DNA of 64,000 nt from Zancudomyces culisetae HAW-14-8 (lineage: Eukaryota > Fungi > Kickxellomycota), in assembly GCA_052426225.1 (NCBI GenBank), contig JBNJNM010000021.1:992001-1056000 (forward strand). Reading direction: 5' to 3'. Below are positions 26,696 to 39,252 of this stretch, in pieces (position 1 is the stretch's first letter; every line of letters begins with the position of its first letter). The position numbers and the translations under genes are program-made. Below the pieces are notes generated by a model. That model saw only the letters and a list, made by a program, of their open reading frames with translations. It searched no databases and was not told the origin of the DNA.

Positions 26696-27655
26696 ATGAG
26701 TGCAAAACTAAAGATTTATTATACATTAGTGTATTTTGGAGCAACATCGGTAGCAGCAACATCAGATAATTATAATGTACATCTTCTCAAATATACATGT
26801 AAAGCCAATAAACTACAACTACGACAACAGGCAGAAAAAAAAACAGTAGATAGAAGCTATGTAAAGAGTGTAAACACCAAAGTTGCTTCAAAAGATAGCA
26901 TTGATTGTGTTGGGAATTACCAAGAAGAGGCGGAGGCTTTGATACTTGATCCGTACGGCTCAACAGCGAAAAAAATTAACTCGATATCTGAAGAAAGATG
27001 GGTAGCTAAAACAAACAAAAATAATAAAAAGGGGGTAGGGTTTTGTGGTTCGAAACCAGTGATGTGTAGAAAGAGAGAACTGACGCACGTAGGTGTACCT
27101 TACAAGGATACAGCACAATACCCATCAGACAAAACAAACGCTATGCAAAAAGGGATGAGTGCAGTGATATTGAAACATTACCAGTCAATTGGGTGGTATT
27201 TTGAGTTGTTTAATATACAAGGGTTTAGGAGTATAGATTTGGAAATACGAATAAAATATTATGGAATGCGTATACTCTTGCTAATATATGAAAAGTATGT
27301 TCGTATCATGAATGGTGTTAACAATGGTAACTGGATCAAAGGTTGGGGTGGGGTTAAGGAGAACAACCGACTACGGCAAATACAAAGTGACACAAACCGA
27401 GACACTAGTGGCAACGAGCGTCATTATGGTGATACTAAAAGCAACAAAATCAATAGAAATAATAACAATAACAACAATGCTACTAATAAACAGTTAGATG
27501 AAGAAGCAGAGGATGAAAGTTTTGCTGCTTTGTTGGCAGACAGTCTGGATTTACAACACTTATATACTCAGATTGCACAAACACAGATACTTCCAAAAAT
27601 TACCGCGCTTCTGATGATCTTTATGTCTACAGCGGTGCTATGCTGTTTTTTCTAA
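26696..27655 (+). CDS. Hypothetical protein with N-terminal signal-like segment and hydrophobic C-terminal tail
   Basis: 319-aa single ORF. N-terminus KIYYTLVYFGATSVAA, poly-Asn tract, C-terminus ILPKITALLMIFMSTAVLCCFF. Confidence 0.65.
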   Translation: MSAKLKIYYTLVYFGATSVAATSDNYNVHLLKYTCKANKLQLRQQAEKKTVDRSYVKSVNTKVASKDSIDCVGNYQEEAEALILDPYGSTAKKINSISEERWVAKTNKNNKKGVGFCGSKPVMCRKRELTHVGVPYKDTAQYPSDKTNAMQKGMSAVILKHYQSIGWYFELFNIQGFRSIDLEIRIKYYGMRILLLIYEKYVRIMNGVNNGNWIKGWGGVKENNRLRQIQSDTNRDTSGNERHYGDTKSNKINRNNNNNNNATNKQLDEEAEDESFAALLADSLDLQHLYTQIAQTQILPKITALLMIFMSTAVLCCFF

Positions 27656-28532
27656 ATGTACGTGATGCAAAAAGCATCATATATGAAGAATGAGTATAGC
27701 TTATGGATCAGTTTTGGTAGTAAAAAAAAAAAGGTTTGGTTTCGGCTCAAGTATGTATAAATGTATGTGTATGTAAACAGCTGTAAAAAATAGTGTCCAT
27801 CCTCTCTCTCCTTTTTTTTTGCGCTAATTAGTTTGAAGTAATGACAGGAAACGTTTTGCTTGACATTTTGTAAAGCTGGCACAAAGAAAAACAGAGAATA
27901 CTAGGAAAGCAAGATGATGGGAACCAGTCCCATGCAAAGTCCCACTTTAAATCATCACCATATTTTCCAAACCCAGAATATTAAATTCGTTACTCGCAAC
28001 AATTACAGGATAAAATTTAATAAACTAAACTTTATTTTTATAGTTTTTTTGAGGCAAGAAATTAAGTTTATAAATAATACATCTATCCACAACAATAAAC
28101 TAAAAAGCTAAAAATAAAAATAAGTAAACTGGGCATCTCAATTACATCAAAATAAAGGAGGACAGCCGTAACAAAACAGGAGCGGATACATATTGGGAAT
28201 AAAATGTAAATTGTATTTCATTTATGGATGGAAATATGCTTGTATATAAAGATTTTTACTGTCTTCTCTTTGAGCAGTTCATCGTTTTTGCTCTACAAGA
28301 AAAAAAAATAAAAAGGAACAGAAAGAGAAAGAGAAAGAGAAATACATGGAGAAAAAAGAAGAGAGAGAAAAAAACGAAGGAGAGGGTGGGGATGAGAGAG
28401 TGATGGGTGGATGGTGGGTGGTGGGTGGTGGGTGGTAGGGTTAGAATTATGGTTTGTAGTTGTAATCTTTGAACAAGTAAGCTAAAAATTGTACAAAATT
28501 CTAAATTTAGGGCCACAATCGCGGAAAGTGTG

Positions 28533-30302
28533 ATGGACGCTGGTACAGGACAAGATCCGGGCGTTGAAAACGAAATATCATCAGCAATGACAACAACAGG
28601 AGTAAATAGCGTCGGTGGAGGCGAAGATCAATACGAAAATATAAATTTCTACAGCGCTGGTAGGTCACCAAGCCTTGAAGGACCCAGTAGGAACAGTAGG
28701 GAGTATACTGATGGCAATGGTGTTTCTAATGATCATGGAAGTATTAGGAGGATTGGTAGTATTGGAAGCAATGAATCTGAACCACGACGACGGAGTATAA
28801 TAAGTGGAAGGAGATGTAAGTAAAGCGCTGTAAAAAGGGTACAGTTTAACTATGATTTTAAGGGGTAGAAATGAGTATATGTTGATAGAAAAATGGTATT
28901 CAAAATAGTATCAAGAAGAATTAGTGTACCACCACCGATTGTTCCATCCTCGCCAACCGCAGTAGTGGACATGGAGCAAGTATTTGGGAAGATTTATTCG
29001 GCCAAGTCAGCACCAGCTATGTCTCTGGTAAGTGCTGCTAATACAGTGAATGCATCTGTGCAAGAAGAAAAGGTAATGGAGGAGCTGATAATGAAAGATT
29101 TAAGCCAAAAAACCGAAAAGATAACATTGCGGGAAAAAAAAAGGGAGGAGATGGTAGAAGTGAGTCCGGGTGGGTATTTGCAGGATGGGTTTCATGCAAA
29201 ACCGGGGGAGAGTACTGGAAATATAAAGGGACCAAAACGCTCGTTTGTGGATATATTGACACCTAAAAAGTCCAAGAAAAACAGCAGAATAAATGGACAA
29301 TTAGGGGATGAAGAGGGGGAATCGTACAGTGTTGATGAAGACGATAATGATGAGGAGTACAAACAGCTCGAAATAATGCAGTATGTAAAGACACCTAACC
29401 GCGCACCGGCACCACCAAAAAGAGCATGTTTTGAATTTCCAAGCGATGGCAATTCGAAAGAGGAAGGCAGTGAGAGTATAGATGTCGGTGTAGCAGGGTT
29501 TGAAGAAGAAAGTCTAATGGATATGCAAATTCCTTTTTTTGAACAACACCACAGCAAAAATAACAATGACGGTAGTGGAGATAATGAACTATACAACAAC
29601 GATAACTCAAGTGGGCTTGACTACCAAGAAATCGTTCGACAACGTCTGGGCAGCCAGCTCAACGAACACCAACTGAAAATGATTACAGATATAATTAAGG
29701 AAGTAGAAAATAACAAAGAAAGCGAAAAACAAACGCTGAGTGAGCAACTAGAAAGCGAAAGAGCGAATCTATGGAATATTGAGAGAGAGTATAAAGAATA
29801 TTTGGATCTTTCAGGAGAATATATGGATGCACGAGATAGGGCCAACGAAGAGCTGACCAAAGAGCTTGCGGAGTTGACACTCGAGCGGAGGGCCATTCAT
29901 GAACAGGTAAACCAACTGAGTAACCAGGTAGAGCAGCTACAAGCCGAACTTTCCTCAGCCCAACATGAACTACAGAGTAATAGAGAGGTAGTGCAGCAGC
30001 TGGAGGGGGCGAAGCGCGAGCTGGAAAATGACATTGCAGTAGCAGCAGAACGTGAACAGATGATATTCAGCCACTTTTCGAAACAAGTGGCAGCAGAAAA
30101 GGACAAAAATGGGCAGCTGGAGCAGCAGTTGATGAAATTGGGGGGCGACAATTCGTACTTCAAATCGCAAATCAACCGGTTGGAGCTAAGTTTAAAGCGG
30201 GCAAAGAGCGAAGTGCAGAATTTGAAGGATGAGAATTTAGATTTGCAGAAAATGTATAACGACTTGGAAGACTACACAAAAAACGCGTTTCTAGAAAGGT
30301 GA
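28533..30302 (+). CDS. Hypothetical protein with C-terminal coiled coil (possibly TACC/Alp7-like)
   Basis: Exons 28533-28815 (GTAAGT donor) and 28909-30302 join in frame. About 200 aa of heptad-rich C-terminus. Confidence 0.75.
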
Positions 30303-30328
30303 AGAAGAGAGGAGTGCTTCCTTTGTTA

Positions 30329-32845
30329 TTAGAGAGTTGGGACTGAGGTTACAGTTACTCTGGTTTTGAGCTTGGAGTTAATGGTAGCTCCATCAACAAC
30401 CAATGTCCCTCTGTCGCCCAACAATTCGCTGGTCTGTCTGTACACACTATAAGCATCGTAATGTGGAGTGCTTGGTATGTCTGTGAATTCCGTCGCAGCG
30501 TGACTCTGCTCATAGGAATGAGTTTGCGCGAATTTGGAGATCTGGGGAGCCCAGACGAGTGAGTGGGCAGGGTCTGAATAAGCAGGATCACTGAACAATT
30601 CAGATAACAGTTTATCGTCTCCTAAGGTTTCCGAGTCGTCCTGAACAAAATACTGATCAACAATGTTGCAGTCATCATATGACAATCTAGCGTACCTGCT
30701 TTCAGCAATGAAGCTAGGGAACAGTTTGTATTTGCGCAGATTGGCCAGACTTGGGCATACCGCTTCCAAATACTCCAGCCTTGGGTAGTACAAAAGCTGC
30801 ATCCATATATTCGCAATTGCTGTAGCCGCAATACAACCCGCCATTACTACTATTCTCAAGATTGAGCTGATTGGATTTTCCGTTTTGCTGTTCAATGCAA
30901 GCACAAACAGTATAGTTACCTGCATCACATACAACCCAATCCACCGTTGATTGATTAGTTTTTTTGCCATTTTTCCTCCGAAATCCATAGTGCTACTCTG
31001 GTATACATAAATCAAATTATACTTTAATGCTATGTAATTCAAAATAAAGTACACTGTTGCAAACACCGGCATCAATGGCGTCATCACGCTGAACACTGCT
31101 CCTAACATAAACACATATGAGTACATTGGAATCACCGTTCCAAACTCAAGTACTGGTGCCTTGCCCGCTTCCACCTCATCCCGTGGCGTACGCTCAAACA
31201 CCTTGTCCTTGAGATACCCCACTATTAATCGTGGAAGTTGTAGAATGCTTCCCGATGACGACGACAGCCCTGTAAGTACCACAAATGTCATGAAAAACAC
31301 ACTATTCTTTGGAATGTTTTGTGTGATTGTGTCTAACACCTTTCCTGGGTTCTCTATAAAGTCATTAAGCGACGCCAGTACTGATCCGGATATCAGATAT
31401 ATCACAAACAAATTAAACACCGTGTAGAAAAAGAACCTGTCCATCAGCTTCTTTTCTATTTTCCCCTTCACCACATCTCTTTCAAATCCAATAAATATCC
31501 TCATGATGATAGGTACAAGCATTGATAGCACCAACAACGCCACCGCTGGAATCACACCCTCTAGAATCGACAGTACTACCTTTGGTAGCTTGCTGATCCA
31601 CTTGAATCCCGCCAGATTTTGCAGATTTTTCAAATTCGCTAACCCTGAAAAAAATGCAGTCGGAATCGACCATAGCAGTATTATTGCCACACACACACAT
31701 ATAGACACCACCCGCATTCCCTTCTTCTCTGCCATACTCACTCCCAAGTTTTTCCATACCACTTCTCTTGGGTCTATGTCTGAATACCGCTTTTTTCTCA
31801 TCACGTTGACCTGCGTTTTAATATCTGACATCCGTGTTCGTGTGTACTTGTGCGCTGACTCCATATCATTAAATAACAAAAACGCTGATGTTGTGTTTGG
31901 TGATTCCTCTACCTTGTTCTGTAGCTCTTCTATCTCTTTATTTATTGTTTTGACCTCTGCTGCTCCATATTCAATTGCATCTACTTTTTCCCCCACAACC
32001 CCCATAAATCCCACCTTTACTTTTCTTCGCTTGATCTCCTGCTTTTTCTTCCCCTTCGACTCCAGTATTTCGTTCTTTTTTTCCTTTCTTGCAGCTTCTG
32101 TTAATGTCTTCTCCAGCACTTCTCTCCATTTATCCCTATCTTCGATCGCTTCATTCAGATCTCCCAGATCCTTCACTGGGTATACTGCCCGCACCTCTCC
32201 ACTTTCATCATCTAGCATTTCTTGGATCCCTTCTCTTGTGTTTTTCCCTGTAGATATTCCACTTACCAAAACTGTATACGCCTTGATATTTTTTTGTTTT
32301 TCATATTTTATTAGTAAACACTGTCGTAGCCCAGCTGCCTTTTTGATCGCTTGAAAGTTTATGTATATATTCCCCATCGAAAATAGCACTGCAGCCACAA
32401 TATGAACCCACAGCAAATTCGATCCTCTTGGTACATTTCCCATTGATATTTTGTCTAGCCCAGTCGCATCACCATTTGCCGTGACGTTTACCGGTAACAA
32501 AACTGCCAATGCTACAACTGAAACTGCCAGAAATAGATACGCATTCTGTTTAAACGTGTACAGGAGAACAAATCCGTCAGGCCCCACATACTTTATAAGC
32601 TCCTCGTCCGTGTACTTGAACAGTGGTTTTATCCACCCGAACATGCTTTTTGGTAATTCTTTTGGTGCATTTTTTGCGTTAACGTCTAACGCTCTAGGCG
32701 AATAAACCCGACTATTTTTTACTCGAACCATACAAAAGATTAAAACAAACACTGAAAATATAATAATATTCAGTAACAATGACGCTAACATCGCATTTAC
32801 GGATGAGCTATTTCTGGTATCGGTACCATCCTGTGCATCTGCCAT
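30329..32845 (-). CDS. CSC1/OSCA/TMEM63 (Rsn1/Phm7 family) calcium-permeable stress-gated channel
   Basis: 838-aa single ORF with about 11 hydrophobic segments. N-terminal TM then RVYSPR, GPDGFVLL, LLPVN, AYTVLVSGI, KVDAIEY, SAFLLF, PREVVWKNL, PLMPVFATVYF..KYNLIYVY. Confidence 0.92.
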   Translation of the reverse strand: MADAQDGTDTRNSSSVNAMLASLLLNIIIFSVFVLIFCMVRVKNSRVYSPRALDVNAKNAPKELPKSMFGWIKPLFKYTDEELIKYVGPDGFVLLYTFKQNAYLFLAVSVVALAVLLPVNVTANGDATGLDKISMGNVPRGSNLLWVHIVAAVLFSMGNIYINFQAIKKAAGLRQCLLIKYEKQKNIKAYTVLVSGISTGKNTREGIQEMLDDESGEVRAVYPVKDLGDLNEAIEDRDKWREVLEKTLTEAARKEKKNEILESKGKKKQEIKRRKVKVGFMGVVGEKVDAIEYGAAEVKTINKEIEELQNKVEESPNTTSAFLLFNDMESAHKYTRTRMSDIKTQVNVMRKKRYSDIDPREVVWKNLGVSMAEKKGMRVVSICVCVAIILLWSIPTAFFSGLANLKNLQNLAGFKWISKLPKVVLSILEGVIPAVALLVLSMLVPIIMRIFIGFERDVVKGKIEKKLMDRFFFYTVFNLFVIYLISGSVLASLNDFIENPGKVLDTITQNIPKNSVFFMTFVVLTGLSSSSGSILQLPRLIVGYLKDKVFERTPRDEVEAGKAPVLEFGTVIPMYSYVFMLGAVFSVMTPLMPVFATVYFILNYIALKYNLIYVYQSSTMDFGGKMAKKLINQRWIGLYVMQVTILFVLALNSKTENPISSILRIVVMAGCIAATAIANIWMQLLYYPRLEYLEAVCPSLANLRKYKLFPSFIAESRYARLSYDDCNIVDQYFVQDDSETLGDDKLLSELFSDPAYSDPAHSLVWAPQISKFAQTHSYEQSHAATEFTDIPSTPHYDAYSVYRQTSELLGDRGTLVVDGATINSKLKTRVTVTSVPTL

Positions 32846-34460
32846 TTTTGTTCCTTCTTACAGCTTATCAGTCTTGTTTGCGCTTTTTTTCTTATACCCT
32901 ATATCTATTTGTTAATTTGTAGATTTAGAAAACAAAAGATTCTACAAGTAATCTTGCGTTCGATAGCCGTGTAAATATATTTGGGATGTTGAGTTGGTCA
33001 ATTCAGGTATTCGGGAAATTTATACTTTAGTATTCCTCACCTCTATCACAATTTAGCGTCGTTTATGTTTTTTTTTGTTTTCTAGCCTCTCACTTGCTTT
33101 GGTAATAATTTTAAATTAAAATAAATGCCGTGAAGGATTTCTGGGCAACGATGGGACATACAAATTATTATCGCAATTTGATTTTTGATGTCTATTTACT
33201 ATTTTTACCTATATTTTATTAGTTTTATTGCGATTATATTTGAACTTCTCGATTGGTAATGCCAAAAACAAAACGTAAACTTTTTCCCTAAACAACATCT
33301 TACCTTCACACCCTCCCCCCCAAAAAAAACACTTTATATTTAAATTGAAGGACTTGACACTATTTTTAGTACAATGCACATTAAACCTTTGAAATTGTTC
33401 AGATCGCCAAAGAAACGCCGTAATTCTGGCTTTCGTTTTTGTTGCTACGCAATTTGTTTATGCCTTTGAATTCCCAATTTTTTGTGGTTGTTTTTGTTTC
33501 TTATTTCAACCACCAATCTGATTGGAATAGAAAAGGTCGGGCAATTTGTACTTTGATTGTTTACCTTTGATAATCTTCGATTGATTTAGCTTTATTCTCT
33601 TGTATTACTTTATTTACAACAATCTGGTTGACCACTATTTACTGCTATCAGGTTTTTATTGGCACAGAATTCCTCCAATTTATAAAATCAATGAAAACCA
33701 AACAAGACCAAAAAAAATATATCGACACAAAATATCACTTTTATGGCTCCACTCTTTGATGAAATGACAAAGGTTCAACGAACAATCGAAACGCTAAAGA
33801 GGAAAAAAAGGAAACTGAGAGCATAGGCGCACTTATATACACTCTATACTTCCATATAGCAACCACTCGTGGCTTTTTTTTCTTGCTTATTCTTGTCTGT
33901 CCTCTGTTTGCTTTTTATTAGTTGTATATCTACAATTTTGCTGCTTTTTTAATAAAATAAAAAAGGCATTTATGTATGAATATGCCACCTTTATTGTCAA
34001 ACGCTCTAGATGTCCCCACCCCATTCCACCAATAACCTCGCCTTTTTCAGATATTTATACACGCTTGATATGTCAGGTGCTAAATGGACACAAGCTCAAT
34101 TTTGTCTATCATAAAGGTGATGTATGCGAGTTAAAATACCGATTCCTTGGTCTGGGTTCATCAATACAGAAATAGTAGTCATCATCTACGTTCATTAGAC
34201 ACACCACACTCATCTATTCTAAGAATACGTGTGGTGGCGCTGGGTACCCCAAATAAAAGATTCTTTTTTAAAAAAAAACATGTGTTGTTGTAATGAATTT
34301 TGGTATTTTTTTTTTGTGTTTGTGGTAGCATTGAAAGTACACCCATAGTATTTCAAGTATGAAATTTATTAGCAAGACAAGGAGGCGGTGATAAATACCA
34401 CTTAATCGGTAATATGTACACAAAAATTTGCTACCTTTGATGTGTATTTCTTGATGTGAC

Positions 34461-34962
34461 TGTATTAAATACTTGTATCCGTTTCTTGTTTATTTTACCT
34501 TATTCGTTTGGTATACTAAACGTTTGAGGTTTTTAGTAATGTCAAAACAAAAAAGTGATGGTGTTGATGTTTTGGTTTGCTTCATTATCAGTTTATATAG
34601 TTTTTTCTTTGATTAATAAAAAGAACCAGGAGGAAAATATTATATTAAAATATGTAAAATACAGATATGCGAATATGCGAATACTGATGTGTTAATATTA
34701 TTACCGGTTGGAGACTAGCAGATATTTACAAAGACAATTTTGTGGAAACACCAATATAATGATTCTGTTCAATTTTTTTTATTGAGTTCAGCAGGAAACA
34801 GCGAAGACACAAAAAGCTTTTATTATAACCATCATCAACCATAATCAACCATAATCAACCATAATCAACCATCATCAACAATATTCAAAAATTTTCTATA
34901 CAGTTCAAGACCATCAATACTAAAAGCATTACGAACATTAAAGCAAGCATTCAAGCTGCGAT
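34461..34962 (-). repeat. ~500-bp dispersed repeat, copy 2 (reverse complement of 15457-15959)
   Basis: TGTATTAAATACTTGTATCC...CATTCAAGCTGCGAT. Similarity to copy 1 ends abruptly on both sides. Confidence 0.95.
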
Positions 34963-37900
34963 CCTCCTCCTGCTTGAGATAAAATCGATAAAAAACCAAT
35001 TTCTTCATAACACAATACCCTACCGAACCTCCCGTTTGTTATGGAGGCCACTGGTTAATGTTTCTACAAAGTATTTACTTTGATAGAATGGTGATAGATT
35101 CGAATATTCTGAAAAGAGTTAGGCGAGCTTTCAGTTAAGCCAGATCGGTTGTTAATTTACTCAGAACCCCCTTTTCATAATTTTGGGGTTTATCAGCTTA
35201 AGTTTCAGATATATAATGATGATCCTGAATTTAAACAACCTGGTATATAGCCGTAGTAAAAAGATTTGCCCAACATATGGTATTTTCAACATTTTATTTT
35301 TAACCATCTCTAAGGCGATTTCTATTTAGAAATAAATATAATTTGAACAATGAAATACTCCAAATGGAAAAAGAAAACATCAAAATCAAGCGAGTTCTTT
35401 CCAAGTTTTCTTGTCTTTCTATATCGACAAATTGCATTGTGGTCTATTCCGCATTCTATACTCTAAAAAAAAGAAAAAAAGGTTTTTATACTACATATAA
35501 CGGCCTTAAATCTCGAGAAATAAATTTTATTATTATGGGTTGAGTTACCCCTGAAGCATGTCATTAGACGATTATTCATAACTATCTTCCTTCATGCATT
35601 TAAATAGTATATGTTATAGCACAGATTCCAAAGAACGCAAAGCTTTAATTACATCCAAAGCTCCTTACAAGTATTTTGAACGCATATTATGACATCGATA
35701 TACTAAGCCGGTTTTACTATTTCTGTAAAACACAATTCTATTCACATTAAATGGTATTGGTATTCTTTTTCTTTTTTTTTGTCTTAAACAGCTTGGCACA
35801 CCGTAAAAAACATGACTATGTTATAAAACTCAGAGATAAAGTCGGATGTTTCTAGTGACTAGGACTTGAATTTAATTTAAAGAAACTGAAATAAATATGA
35901 AAATGATAAATTGTGGTTGATATAGCGGGTGGTACCATCCGACGTGCTTGTACTGTGACATCACAGATAAAGATGTTTCATAAAAAGTAGTGAATAGATC
36001 AGCTGACCAAAAGTGTAACAAAGAAATTGCAAGGTCTATCACTGTTTTTGGCGACTTTTGTGGTGGTTACTTCCAGAGTTAACCTAATATTTGTATAATA
36101 AAGTTGAGTGTTCAAAAAAAAAAGTAAAGCTCAAGAGAGCTACAAATCCAAAATATATAGTATGGATACCCACCTCGCATGGGTATAAGAGCAATATGTA
36201 GCTATAATCTAGAGTAGTTTTTGTAAATCTTGTGGCACAGGTTTAAAACGGTTTTTTTTTCAAATACTGAAAATGTGCTGTGAATAAGCGAAAACTGGTG
36301 TACTCAAACACGTGCAGTTTAAGGCTATAAGTGTAATGCGAATTCATAGAACGTACGTTTACTCTTTAGACCTTATTCGGAAACAGCGAAAAGATAATTA
36401 ATTTACTTGCCCTAAAACCGCAATCTGCAGTGCTTGTTGATTTATCTGGGTAAATACCAGTTTTTGGCTATTCAGTAAACCTGTTTCCAAAAATAACTGT
36501 AAAAACCTAATAATCGTTTAATGTTTGTATGTTGTAAGAATGCTTGATTTGGTGTGTGTCGTGCTTTTGAAGCTGAATTATGAATATCTTTGCACAAAGG
36601 GGTGAATGTATCTTTGTTTTTTCGGAAAACAAGAATGTTGTTTGCAAAAGTTGCGAAAAAAAAGATTATATCTATAGAGGCGCAGTTGAGATAAAACAGG
36701 TAAAGCAAAAGAGTTACTTTCATATCCAGAAAAGAGCTACAAAAAAGATATTTTTATTCCTGCTTTGCCACAAGACCTTTTTCCATCACTGATTTATTTC
36801 ATATCTTGCGGCTCTTACCTGCGGACGTAAGATGTATAGATGTGTACAGTTATTGTCATCAGTTATTGCAGACAAGCAGAAGTCTAGTAGAGGCTTATTT
36901 CCCTTCTACCAAAAACCAAGGCGGTTTTTGAGTTGCTGGAAAGTGTTTGCCAAACAAAAAAAAATTAAATGGGGCGCCATGATTTCAAGGTGTGGTGTCC
37001 AGGAGGACAAGTTAATCACTTTTTGTCCACTAAGATGACCATAATAACTTTTTAGCATTTTTATTTGATTTTATGAATAAAAGGCAGTGTCAACCATCAG
37101 GATTTTGAGGGTTCAAGAGATATGGATTGGACGAGAAACTGCTTCGCGAAATGCGTCAAGAAAATAGAAAAAAGAACGGCGCAGTAAACAAATGTTGGTG
37201 TGACCTATCCGAACAACGGGTTCTAATTTTACTGAAGTCCCCAACTACTCTCATGCTAAAACACAAGTCCCGAATTAACCAAAAAGAGGAGAATTATTTC
37301 CCTAACCTGCTCTGCCCCCCTCCCCAACCTTCTCTTGAGGAAAAGTAGAGCAGGACTCAGAGGTATTGGAAATAGGAATCATTCACTAGATGTAAAGGGA
37401 GCTGACGTATCCAATAAGAATTTAAAAGTGAGTATGTGAAAATATAGGAGACAGCTGCGGAGTCGCGTGTCATTTTACGTGATATATGCATAGTCTTGGG
37501 AGTTTTCCTTAATTTTTTTTACCGCAACTCTTTGCATTGTAGAAAGAAGAAAAGGGGGAAAGTGCGGGGGGGGGGAGGAGGAGGAGGAGATTAGGAGGTG
37601 GAAGGGGGAAGACGGTGAGGACATCAGTTTTTTATTATAAAAAATTGCCTAAAGAAAATATGTATATGTGTCCCAACCCCCCAAAAAAGCCTAATGAGCT
37701 TCCATTCATGCTACTTTTCTTTTAATTTTGCGTAGAAAAAACAAAGTCAAACTTGAGGTGCTAATGCTTGAATGCTGAGAACAAAAAACCCACCTTTTGT
37801 GTGATATCAAAAACCACGCTCAATAGGCTGCGCAGACAAGGCATTGCAGAGCTAATTCAAATTATATAATTGAGCCGAAAGCCGCTAAGCTTGCCTTAAC

Positions 37901-39252
37901 AAACACATGCAAATACCAACCTAAATAATGGCGAATACAATTCATCCATTTTTTTTGTTACCAATTCTGGACAACAGATTGGAAATATCTGAGAAATTTT
38001 TGTGTGGATTTAAAAGGTCACAACTTTTAACAAGAATAATAGAAAAAAGGCCCTATTAAAAGAGCCACTATTCTATTCTGTTTTACACTTTTTTAGCTTG
38101 GTTAGTTTGTAGAAATAGAGACAGCTAAAGAATTGGTGCATATAGATTTATTACTACCCTTTCTTTATTAGCGAACGAAGACAAAAACGCAAACAACAGA
38201 AACGTTTACTAGATAACGTAGAATACAGGGTAAAGACCACGTGGTGGAAACGTACACTTAGAATTTACTTTAACTTTAAAAAAACATACCTATTTGGAAC
38301 AGGTTGGGAGAAAAAGAAAATAACTCTATTAGCGAAGGATTCACGTTTTAGACATATAGTTCAACCAGGGCATTCGTTACAGACAAAGAGAATAAATCAA
38401 TATAGAAAGTGTGGTTTGGTAGAGAAAACAGGTCATAAATCTGGAGTGACAAGGGTTTATTATATTGTACATTATTTTTTGGGATTTATGCCTGTTTTGT
38501 CTGTTGTATCATGTATAATTTGGGATTGGGAATTTATTCGGAAATCTAAAAAAGAGATATAAATATTGACAGTTCAATCCAGCCTATTAAATCTGGAGCT
38601 CATTCGATTCCTGGGTTACAACAAATATATAGAGCATACAACCTGTACAATATACCTAGAGAGATAGGAATACAAAAAAAAAATACACGGCGAGTAATTT
38701 TGTATTGGTACCTTTTTAGATTAAATTTGTAGGTGCAAGAATATTAGCGGAAAAAAAGAGAGAAGGTTTCAACGCACAAGTTTTGTTATCCACGGCTCAA
38801 TTTTATCAAGCGACTACTCATTATATATTTATAAGCATAATCTCTTGGATAGACTAAATACCGTAAGGAGCAACCAAGACACATCAACATCACCATAGAC
38901 AACAATAGGAGTCAAGGATAAAAAGAAAACAGCATTATTTCCAAACTAAAGTACCTTGTACCAGTAGCAACAAAATAATATCAATTGTTTCTCTTATAAA
39001 CTCAACGAAAAAGTGCTTATAGTATATTGATATCTAGACGTATCAGAGTGTTCTAGTAAAGAGTGGTAAAAAAAAGAAAAGGTAACGCGAGCAAGAATTA
39101 GACTAGCACGAAAGAGTATTATCAAATCTGAACATAGTAAATCCGATTGGTTCACGGCTGTATTTGTGTCAAGTATATATATATATATTATATAACAAAA
39201 TAAATAATATACTTTGGGAAATAAGCATCAATGCACATTGATATGGTAAATT

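Noticed and set aside
15960-34460. Mucorales-type sex locus (RNA helicase next to an HMG gene)
   Set aside because: The helicases are ordinary PRP28 and IRC3 orthologues; no HMG-box gene or triose-phosphate transporter is visible.
38236-38245. Palindromic E-box ACCACGTGGT about 1 kb upstream of ATG1 (also TGACGTCA at 5877-5884)
   Set aside because: Single short motifs are not unexpected in 64 kb, and there is no supporting evidence.
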